DNA of 63,933 nucleotides, counting the filler, from Welwitschia mirabilis (lineage: Eukaryota), in the NCBI GenBank assembly GCA_051453625.1. It is 5 parts of one record of this genome, joined end to end, with 100 filler letters (N's around TTAATTAATTAA, not from the genome) between each part and the next. Parts side by side here need not be neighbours in the genome. Positions count along the whole stretch, not along the records: positions 7,825 to 24,982 come from JBOZIK010000001.1; 4 more parts are not named here. One strand, given 5' to 3'. Positions 11,700-21,399 of the stretch are shown here, in pieces. A model generated the notes under the pieces. That model did no database searches, was not told the origin of the DNA, and was given only the letters and a program-made list of their open reading frames with translations. The first letter of the stretch is position 1. Every line of letters starts with the position of its first letter. The translations under genes and the position numbers were made by a program.

Positions 11700-14200
11700 T
11701 GTCCTCCTTTCATACACACATTTATGGTGGTGAGGGACCGAAGGCTTCAAAACAAAATTTAGCGGGCGCAGCTTCGCGGTAAATTACTTATGAATCAAGA
11801 GTCGCTTGTGTGGGAAAGCAAAGAGATGGTGGGCAATGGAGACACCGGAATGTCAGGCGTTTTTGAAGGCAGAAGCGCGGAAGCAGCAGCGCGTCGAACT
11901 CGCTTCCGAATTGGAATTGTGAAGAAGCAGCGCACATCAGCGCATTCATCATCCACCTGAGAGCGATGTTTCCTTCCATTTATTTATTTCTCCGTTTCAA
12001 TTCATAACATACGTCACAGCTCTCCCTTTCTCGTGTTGTGTCAGCGACAGCAAAAGCAGAAGAACGAGGGAAGGTCAGAGTACCATAACTGAAGAAACAG
12101 TGCCCTTGTTATGCTTTACTCCCAATCTCTTTTAACTGTATGCTGGGTGATCCCAGGTGGTCCATACTCCATTCTGCAAGAAAACGAACTGCAATAGGTA
12201 GATTGGGTAATACTGAGTATTGAGTATTGACTGCCTCATCTGTCCGTCTGTGTATACATTGAGTGAGTGCAGACAAAGCATTTTCACGAATCACATGCCC
12301 TGGCCTGGCCCTCCCTCTGCACCTGCTATGCCATGGACAGCCTATCACACTCATCTCTACGGTGCCCACAACACCATCATGCCAACGAACTGGAAGAAGG
12401 AAGAAGAATGAAAAAGGAAATTATGAGGACCAGACTCACCTCTATATCTTTTACAACAATTATTCCTCTGTCATGTTCGCATCGCCTTCGCATCGGTTTT
12501 TGATACCGCCTTTATCAGTCACGTTAATTTGAGGTGGCAACGTCGTTGATATCTGCGATTTGCAGACGCATAGCTGGCCACGTGTTGGGAATTTAACGCT
12601 TTTACAACTTTCAGACGGAACTTTACTGTATTTGACATCCATGCTTGACGCTTCCATCAAAGTCAGCATTGCAGTTGGAAAAAGAAAGCGGATTTGATTA
12701 ATCTGAAGCAGTTGGTGATTGGACGAAATGTGTGAGCTTGATGGGCAACACTGCCTATCATCTTTTTTCCCCTCAATCCAATGATGATTCTAATGTTGTT
12801 GCCTTCCATTTAGTTAGTTTAAAGTATGTTTTCCGAATAGCTCATTCAAGTTACTTTCTAATAACACTCTCATTTAAGAAATGAATTTATAATTGTGAAA
12901 GGTTATGAGCTGCAAACTTAAAAACAAAACTTAGAAATAAAAGAAAAACCTTATTATTCATTTAAAGTTTATATGTTTTAGAAATATTTTCACATATTTT
13001 GAAAATTACAAATAGCATTCTGAAGTTCAAATTTTTTTGGGTAAGTCTTGAATGACTCCTTAGGAAAACATTGGGCGTAATTTGATAGGGAAAGTTGTAA
13101 ACATTTGCCATAAAAATCACATCCTGATTGGAAGTCTCAGATGGAATAACCGTTAAAGTATTGCAGATTGCTTGGCAAAAGGCGCACGGCCACCTTCATG
13201 AAAGTGAGAAGAAAAGAGAGCAACAAAATTATGCTAAAACACAATAAAAGCAGGCACCTGTACACTGATGTTTCACTTAGGCGATGTTTTTGGCGTGAGT
13301 TGGTCCGTCGGAAGTGGGAAGCGCACCGTAGTGGGGATACGCTGGGCCCTCTCAACTCTGGCAAGTAAAAGAAGAGGCATCAACGTCCCACGCACACATA
13401 GAAAGTAGAGACAGACACACAAGGAACTAAGGCTGGGCTAGGAAAACACATGATACTGCAGTCATTAAATCAATCAATTCTCTGTCTCTCTCCCCCGGCT
13501 CCCGCTAGTCCGTGTTCCCTAACTTCTTTTCGTTCATGTAACGTAAATGTTGATGGCTGGCTCGGCGGTGCTGCTGCTGCTGCCACCTGCCACTGCGCTT
13601 ACTCACGCTCTCTACTCTCGGCTCCGAGTTCTCAACGCCCAAGCGGCCAAGGCTCAGATAAGGGGGGGTCCACTCCACTCACTTGTATGGCCAGTGGGCA
13701 CTGCCCGTCTGTCCTGCCCTGGCGCCAGCACTTGCAGAGCAAGGCACAACGCAAAAGTTCACACCACAATTTCCGTCACAAGAACCACACCTGCTTACGC
13801 GCAAGTCCTTTCATTCTCACATCCTGTCCTTCCTGCACTCTTGCAAATTGCTCAGGTTGTTTCAAATGCAGTAATGAAGTTGACGTATTTAACATCTTAT
13901 GCCATTATTTCTTTACCATTCGTTTATCACATATTCACATTTGAGAGGAATGACTTGTGCAAGTGGGAAACTCTCAAGTTTCCAACGCTTATCTTGAAGG
14001 AGTGAACAACAGTGAAATTTGACGACAAAGGATTAATAACAGTGCTCGTACCCTAATTTGTATACTGCTTGTGCTATTAATAACGGTCTGCCCCACAAAT
14101 TGACGTACTAGTTAGGGTCACCGTGCTTACCGCATGACTCACACTACTTTCTAAATATCTCATCGTCGAGGGGTTTTCAATATCTGTCGTTTAATTACCG
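11700..14200 (+). promoter_or_regulatory. CpG-retaining GC-rich upstream island, likely regulatory region of the B3 gene
   Basis: Abrupt rise in GC and CpG versus flanks. G-box CACGTG at 12579-12584, six CACCTG/CAGGTG and three CACTTG/CAAGTG boxes, CT-rich tracts, and no convincing protein-coding ORF. Confidence 0.55.
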
Positions 14201-14413
14201 TTGCCATGTTGGGTTGAAAACTCTCTTTGCAGAGAGGTGCCACAAGTAGCCAAGAGAAGCCTTTGTTATTTCAGGGGGGTCATCACATTCCAGGCACCCG
14301 CAACTTCAGCAGATTTGTTAAGAGGGCGATACTCGAAGAACTAATGACATTCGAAGAATTCCCAGTGTTACAGAATGAAAGTACGCTACGACGTAAATCT
14401 ATTTCAGAAGTCG

Positions 14414-14693
14414 CCCGAGATTCTTGCAAGAGATTTCGAACATTATTCATTTGTTCTTACAATTCAAAGGTTGATATCTATGGTATGGAATTGATCATAA
14501 GGTAGAAGAGCTTTTCTTGGGATGCTTATTAGTAGTAAAATCTGATCTCTACGCAGAATCCTTATTGTTTGAAAAAGGATGGTAATTCTGTTTGACACCA
14601 GTTTGTTAAGAGAAGTTATCGAAAGAGGGAAGATTCTGTAAGAAGCCAACTCCGTCGAGATCTTACAGAAATAGAAAATGAAATCCACCCCAT
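14414..14693. repeat. Local direct duplication, copy A (copy B = 15743..16022)
   Basis: ~280 bp ungapped alignment to 15743-16022 with about 30 differences by manual count, mostly C>T/G>A in copy A. Confidence 0.95.
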
Positions 14694-15239
14694 TCCTGTT
14701 TGAGCTCAATAACCTTGCACTCATTCATTTTTGTATTAATGCTTTTCCAAAAATAAGCGTTGCTAATTGCTTTAACCATAATTGACAATAGAAATCTGAA
14801 ATGTTCTTTCGGCGAAGCCATTCTCTGTGATTTTTCAAGCCACTGAGGCAACTAATTCGCTTGCATGACAAGTCAAAATAATTGACATGACTTTGGAACC
14901 GCCTGACGTGTTGGATTCCACCATCGATTCATAAACATAGCAAAGAAGATGCAAAATGATTTAAAATGTGAGAACCCTTTAGCTGTAAGAGGTCGGTGCC
15001 TTGCTGCGACATACAGTTCCAACATGTCTCAGTCTCTTGCATGATCTTCTGCTTTCTCCTCTGGCTATAAATTTCATGTGTTAACATGCGATCAGCACAG
15101 ACTTATAGGATATGTCATGGTACTCGAATACACTCTAGACAACATGCATCTAGACATGAATTTTCATGTCAAAAAGAAAAATCACAGCAAGAATTTTTTT
15201 TTTTTTTAAGTGCCATAGTTGAGAAGATACAATCTAACT

Positions 15240-15521
15240 CAAGAAAGAGTGGGTGTTCTGCTTCTGAATCTTGGAGGGCCTGAGATGTTGCAAGATGTTC
15301 AACCCTTCTTATAGAATCTATTTGCTGATCCAGACATCATTCGCTTGCCCAGATTGTTTCGATTTCTTTAGCAACCTTTAGCAAAATTCATATCTATAAT
15401 TAGAGCTCCTAAAGCTAAAGAAGGACATGCTGCAATTATTGGCGGTTCACCTCTCAGGAGGATTACAAATAAGCAGGCTAAAGCATTGAAGACAGCATTA
15501 GAGGCAAAAGGGGTTCCTACT
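15240..15521 (+). pseudogene. Ferrochelatase (plant FC / hemH) gene fragment with two in-frame stops
   Basis: Manual translation: [92 protein letters not shown], matching the N-terminal catalytic region of plant ferrochelatases. TAG stops at 15312-15314 and 15369-15371. Homology ends before the GMRYW motif. Confidence 0.93.
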
Positions 15522-15742
15522 GTATTATTTTTATGTTTGCCTTTAAAGATGGCAACATAACACAAGGGCTTAAATGACCATCATTATTACCTTTTGTGTT
15601 TGTTATTTTTAATGTTATATCTATGTGGTCTAAAGTATCTACNNNNNNNNNNNNNNNNNNNNNNNNNNNNNNNNNNNNNNNNNNNNNNNNNNNNNNNNNN
15701 NNNNNNNNNNNNNNNNNNNNNNNNNNNNNNNNNNNNNNNNNN

Positions 15743-16022
15743 CCCGAGATTCTTGCAAGAGATTTCGAACATTATTCGTTTGTTCTCACAATTCAAAGGT
15801 CGATGTCTATGGCATGGAATTGATCATAAGTTAGAGGAGCTTTTGCTGGGGCGCTTATTAGTAGTAAAATCTGATCTCTACGCAGAATCCTCGATATTTG
15901 GAAAAGGACGGTAATTCTGTTTGACACTGCTTTGTTAAGAGAAGTTACCGAAAGAGGGGAAATTCTGCAGGGAGCTAACTCCGTCGGGATCTTACAGAAA
16001 TAGAAAACGAAATCCATCCCAT
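15743..16022. repeat. Local direct duplication, copy B
   Basis: CCCGAGATTCTTGCAAGAGATTTCGAAC...GAAATCCATCCCAT matches 14414-14693; left end lost in the N gap. Confidence 0.95.
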
Positions 16023-16587
16023 CACATCTGATCCTCTGACGCCTAGACCGGTAAGAGAAGGGACCATCTTGAACTGCATCAATCGCAGTCCTTGTCAAAA
16101 AAGCTAAACATTGATACTGAGATTCATATGGATGGNNNNNNNNNNCGCTGGACTCAATCGATCCGCGGTAAAATGAACGAACTTCTTGTAGTGGGAAGAC
16201 AGGAACCGAAGATTTGATGGTAGACAGGCTACGGATCACTGCCGTGCGATACTTGAATAGGAGGGGCCTCGTCAAAATCTACTCTTGGTGGATGAGGTTT
16301 TTAACATCGGCTGGGATAACTCCTGTTCGAAGCTGCTTGTTATGGTAAATTCAGACCGCGAGTTTGGGTATCCAGTTGATTCCGTTTTCAACTTGACGCC
16401 TGGAGGAAAACTCCAATAAGAGGAAGAGTGAGTGACTCCCGGAAGCCTGGTCAATTGCGTCCAGTTCACACCTATATCGGAATGTGTAACTTGGAACCGT
16501 AGACTTATTATTGTTTAGTGTTTCTTTAGTTGTTTGTTGTTGTTCAAATCCTCAAACATCATCATTCCCTCCTCTGCATCCCTCCAT
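15793..16587 (-). pseudogene. Unidentified gene-like degenerate reading frame, divergent from the B3 gene
   Basis: 160-codon stop-free frame 15793..16275 (across a 10-N gap). Extends in frame to an ATG at 16587 with three stops (16552-54, 16351-53, 16279-81). The same frame is open with the same stop in the duplicate at 14464-14693. No recognisable domain. Confidence 0.4.
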
Positions 16588-16731
16588 TACAATTTTTAGG
16601 AAAATTCAGGAGGAAAAGACGTAGACCGTAGCAGAATTAAGCCTGTTCGCTCTGTCCATCTGTATTCACTCCTCCTCTCAGGATATTTGCAAAGCACAGA
16701 CACAACCCCTCTTTTCACACCCCAAAGCGAG

Positions 16732-17880
16732 ATGGAATTTTTGGCAAGGAGCAAAGGCTCCTCCACACCAATCTCCAGCAGCGCATGTATTCTTCCACTG
16801 ACCGAGCACAACGCCATTTCATGTCTTCGATTGCAAGGACACCGATGTCTTAGTTCTTCTTCATCTGGAAAAGAGGGGGCTGCATCGGCTGAGGTCTGCA
16901 GAAACGAGTCAGACACTATGGAGCTGCTAGATAAACATTCAATTGAAGCAGAAAAAGTTGGAGACAAAGTGGAAGAGCAGAATGGAATGAAATCGCCTGG
17001 ACAAGAGAGACCAAGAAGAGAACACATGTTCGAAAAAGCTGTGACTCCAAGCGATGTGGGAAAACTGAATCGACTGGTGATTCCAAAACAACACGCAGAA
17101 AAATACTTCCCATTGGATTCAAACGCAAACGAGAAAGGACTTGTGCTGAGTTTTGAGGACAGCGGTGGTAACTCATGGCGATTCAGATATTCATATTGGA
17201 ACAGCAGCCAGAGCTACGTTCTTACCAAAGGCTGGAGTCGCTTCGTCAAAGACAAGAAACTAGATGCTGGTGACATCGTTTCCTTCGAGAGAGAGATTGT
17301 CGACTCTTCTTATTCTGCTGGTGCTCATACAGTTCCTCGCAACCGTCGTCTCTTTATCAGCTGGACACGTCGACCAAAACTCAGCTTAGGACAGCATGAA
17401 GTTTCTAGTAAGTCCCCTCTGAACCTGCCTTTGCTAAGAAGCAGTCCGTTCTCTTCCCCTTATAGTAATTTCAACGGCCAGTACTATGCTGATGATTGTC
17501 CAACGCTTTCGCGCGTTTGTCCACGATGGTTTCCTTTCTTCTCTCCTGAAAACAGAACTGCTGATGTTGCTTATATGCAGCCAGGCACGGGCACTGGCAC
17601 TTTCCGGAGGGATTTCCTTACCGATGCATCTGTGCAACATACCCATGCCATGACAGAGGAATACTTGTCAGCTAAGAAATCACACCAACAGGAGAAATTA
17701 TCGACCAAGAAGGGAGTCAGATTATTCGGAGTGAATTTGGAATGCGCATCAGCGACCGTTACTGTGGCGGATGAGCTCTCTCATACACCCTCCAAGGAAA
17801 CAAGTTGTTCCGAGCGCCTCGCTCCAATCATGTATTCTCCCGTGAAGACCACGACCATGCGTGGTTATCCCCAACAGTAA
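16732..17880 (+). CDS. B3-domain transcriptional repressor, RAV/NGATHA(-like) subfamily lacking AP2 domain, 382 aa, intronless
   Basis: First ATG (MEFLARSKG) at 16732, in frame with the TTG-start ORF 16687..17880. B3 domain ~17026-17363 ([30 protein letters not shown]...[37 protein letters not shown]) is diagnostic of RAV/NGA. RLFGV repression motif at 17719-17733. No AP2 domain N-terminally. Confidence 0.95.
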   Translation: MEFLARSKGSSTPISSSACILPLTEHNAISCLRLQGHRCLSSSSSGKEGAASAEVCRNESDTMELLDKHSIEAEKVGDKVEEQNGMKSPGQERPRREHMFEKAVTPSDVGKLNRLVIPKQHAEKYFPLDSNANEKGLVLSFEDSGGNSWRFRYSYWNSSQSYVLTKGWSRFVKDKKLDAGDIVSFEREIVDSSYSAGAHTVPRNRRLFISWTRRPKLSLGQHEVSSKSPLNLPLLRSSPFSSPYSNFNGQYYADDCPTLSRVCPRWFPFFSPENRTADVAYMQPGTGTGTFRRDFLTDASVQHTHAMTEEYLSAKKSHQQEKLSTKKGVRLFGVNLECASATVTVADELSHTPSKETSCSERLAPIMYSPVKTTTMRGYPQQ

Positions 17881-18949
17881 TCAGAGATACTACAGAGAAA
17901 GAAGGAATGCAGCAGCGCTCTTGGAATTGAGTTGCAGACCTCGCGAAGTACAAGCTGTAACTCCAGGGGCATCTCATTTAGGACATCCTTGAGCGTTATT
18001 CAACGTTTGCGCTACAAATCCAATTACCATGCATTCTTTACAGCATTGCTTAGTCCAGTTTCTCTGTGTCTCCGTATAGCACGAGGCCACACGCTGGCTC
18101 CTTTTCCTTCCTTACAATGCTCAATGTATGACCAAAGCTCCTAAGGTTACGAATTAATTCAGCTTTTCCATTGCCAGTCTTACCAAATCTTCCTTCATCG
18201 AGACATCTTAGAGCACTTGAGAGACTTCTAACACTGTCGAATACAGTCTTTGATGAAGCTGGGCAATATGGAAAATGGGTTTTAAGGAATAATTTAGATG
18301 CAACTTGTAACATTGTAATCACCAGATTGAGAGATAAAGGTATAAGGCTTTTCCTTGTGCTTGTATTTCTAAACAATGGAATTGTATTAAGAAAATGAAA
18401 AGCGTGGAATTACTTTTCTGGGTGGTATAAGAGCGTTGCCAAGCCTAAGGTGTGATAAATTGTTTCAGTTCGTTGGCTTGTGTTGGCATTTTCAGAGGCA
18501 TTAAAATTGCATGCATAATAAATATTAAATAAGAGGCACATTACGACTAACTTATGGAGATGGTAAACAGCGACTAATGTTGTGTGTACGGGATTTGCTA
18601 TTGTCCCAGGCCGTTTTCTTAGGCTAGTCCTGTTTACGTGTGTTTTATTCCTCAGGTGTTATGGAAGTTTTATTAAGTTTATAATTATTTTAATAATGTA
18701 AAAGCTTTAGCTGTTGAAAAAGTTAAAAAAAGGCGAGCCTCTAACAGGAACCATCACATTACATGTATATGTATAAATATAAGGTATACCAAAATGATGT
18801 ATCAGTTGTTATGTTACTGTGTTGCCATATTTGTAAGTGGTGGTTGTTGTTGCTATTATACTATTATGTTTCTCGAATATAGCATAGCTAAACAAAAGTG
18901 AAAGACAAATAAAAGGAAAAACAAATTACAATAACTCTAAAGCGTAGCT

Positions 18950-19348
18950 TTAATGGAGGCAAAACTGAAAAGTCTACTCTTCTTCTCTATTCCTTTTGAA
19001 AACCCTAAAACTCTGTACATATGTGTTTTTCCTCCTTTTTATTATATATAGGAAACAAAATGATCAAATTCTTACAAAATAATGAAAGGATTCTTGTTCA
19101 CATATTGCACATTTTCATCTTCATTATAGCATATCAAATGTTTGTAGAGAACCTGGTTTTATCATTTTTGTGTTTTGACTTTTACACATGTCAAGTAATG
19201 ACTCTTCCTTTGATGTTTCACATCTACATTAGAACAACTATTGTTATTTCCATTATTTTTCTTTTAAAACATTTTAATGTTTCTTTATTTCCTTCTAACT
19301 TTGACGTCTTAGGTTAGCTTGATAAATCAATATTTCTAACATGGTATC
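18950..19348 (+). mobile_element. Probable LTR 3' part followed by partial tRNA-iMet PBS
   Basis: ...TTTCTAACA|TGGTATC at 19333-19348, with a CT-rich/AAACCCTA LTR-like segment upstream. Confidence 0.35.
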
Positions 19349-21399
19349 CCAATGAGTTTAGTATTGTTTTATAGACATGTATATATGAGAAAAACAGTTT
19401 TGCCAACTTGCATAAACCATTGGTCATTCCCAAGAAATTCTTTTTTAAAAAAGATTAAGACAATATTTGTACACTATTTTTTAAATCATTTTACAATATT
19501 CNNNNNNNNNNNNNNNNNNNNNNNNNNNNNNNNNNNNNNNNNNNNNNNNNNNNNNNNNNNNNNNNNNNNNNNNNNNNNNNNNNNNNNNNNNNNNNNNNNN
19601 NNNNNNNNNNNNNNNNNNNNNNNNNNNNNNNNNNNNNNNNNNNNNNNNNNNNNNNNNNNNNNNNNNNNNNNNNNNNNNNNNNNNNNNNNNNNNNNNNNNN
19701 NNNNNNNNNNNNNNNNNNNNNNNNNNNNNNNNNNNNNNNNNNNNNNNNNNNNNNNNNNNNNNNNNNNNNNNNNNNNNNNNNNNNNNNNNNNNNNNNNNNN
19801 NNNNNNNNNNNNNNNNNNNNNNNNNNNNNNNNNNNNNNNNNNNNNNNNNNNNNNNNNNNNNNNNNNNNNNNNNNNNNNNNNNNNNNNNNNNNNNNNNNNN
19901 NNNNNNNNNNNNNNNNNNNNNNNNNNNNNNNNNNNNNNNNNNNNNNNNNNNNNNNNNNNNNNNNNNNNNNNNNNNNNNNNNNNNNNNNNNNNNNNNNNNN
20001 NNNNNNNNNNNNNNNNNNNNNNNNNNNNNNNNNNNNNNNNNNNNNNNNNNNNNNNNNNNNNNNNNNNNNNNNNNNNNNNNNNNNNNNNNNNNNNNNNNNN
20101 NNNNNNNNNNNNNNNNNNNNNNNNNNNNNNNNNNNNNNNNNNNNNNNNNNNNNNNNNNNNNNNNNNNNNNNNNNNNNNNNNNNNNNNNNNNNNTAAAACA
20201 TAATAGAGGTTAAATGAACTGATGAGCAATACTTATCTTTAAGTACTGAAATTATCCTAGTTTATGTTCAGCTACACGAACAAGAGAAAAATTGAAGTAA
20301 TATTACTTTTTCAAGTAATAAAGTATGCACACAATGATACTCAAATGCTTTTTCGATTTATATTGAAATACCTATTTTTACATTAAGATGAGTTGACAAA
20401 TTGTGTTTTCCTTTGCAGGTAACACTATGAAATGTGGGAAAATGCTACTGACACCTTTACAAGCTAGTTAGAGTTTCCTTGCTTAACCTTATTGCCTTGT
20501 CTATTCTTAGAACCTTTTAGCCAAAAAGATCTCCACCTTTGGTGNNNNNNNNNNNNNNNNNNNNNNNNNNNNNNNNNNNNNNNNNNNNNNNNNNNNNNNN
20601 NNNNNNNNNNNNNNNNNNNNNNNNNNNNNNNNNNNNNNNNNNNNNNNNNNNNNNNNNNNNNNNNNNNNNNNNNNNNNNNNNNNNNNNNNNNNNNNNNNNN
20701 NNNNNNNNNNNNNNNNNNNNNNNNNNNNNNNNNNNNNNNNNNNNNNNNNNNNNNNNNNNNNNNNNNNNNNNNNNNNNNNNNNNNNNNNNNNNNNNNNNNN
20801 NNNNNNNNNNNNNNNNNNNNNNNNNNNNNNNNNNNNNNNNNNNNNNNNNNNNNNNNNNNNNNNNNNNNNNNNNNNNNNNNNNNNNNNNNNNNNNNNNNNN
20901 NNNNNNNNNNNNNNNNNNNNNNNNNNNNNNNNNNNNNNNNNNNNNNNNNNNNNNNNNNNNNNNNNNNNNNNNNNNNNNNNNNNNNNNNNNNNNNNNNNNN
21001 NNNNNNNNNNNNNNNNNNNNNNNNNNNNNNNNNNNNNNNNNNNNNNNNNNNNNNNNNNNNNNNNNNNNNNNNNNNNNNNNNNNNNNNNNNNNNNNNNNNN
21101 NNNNNNNNNNNNNNNNNNNNNNNNNNNNNNNNNNNNNNNNNNNNNNNNNNNNNNNNNNNNNNNNNNNNNNNNNNNAACTAACCTATTGATTAGTAAGCAT
21201 GAAAATAAATAAAAACATCTATTTGCTAATGAAATATATAATTGAGATAAGGAAAAACACACTATTAATAAGCAAGATTTACATAGAATTCATCCTCATT
21301 AGTTATTCCAAGCTCAAGTTTTTGTTAGTTCCTTAACAAATAAAGTATTTAAAAGAGATAAAGAAAATGAAGAACCTTATTATTTTCCATTCCTTCTTG

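Noticed and set aside
13450..14005. Overlapping 164-aa and 152-aa ORFs
   Set aside because: No recognisable domain; Cys/Ser-rich composition typical of chance ORFs in GC-rich regulatory DNA.
14165..14226. Short hairpin GGGGTTTTCAA...TTGAAAACTCT as a possible MIRNA
   Set aside because: Stem is only ~11 bp and I recognise no conserved plant miRNA sequence in the island.
16687..16731. TTG start of the 397-aa ORF
   Set aside because: Eukaryotic gene; the first in-frame ATG at 16732 is the more plausible start.
16596..17646. Antisense ORFs overlapping the B3 gene
   Set aside because: Shadow ORFs of the coding strand.
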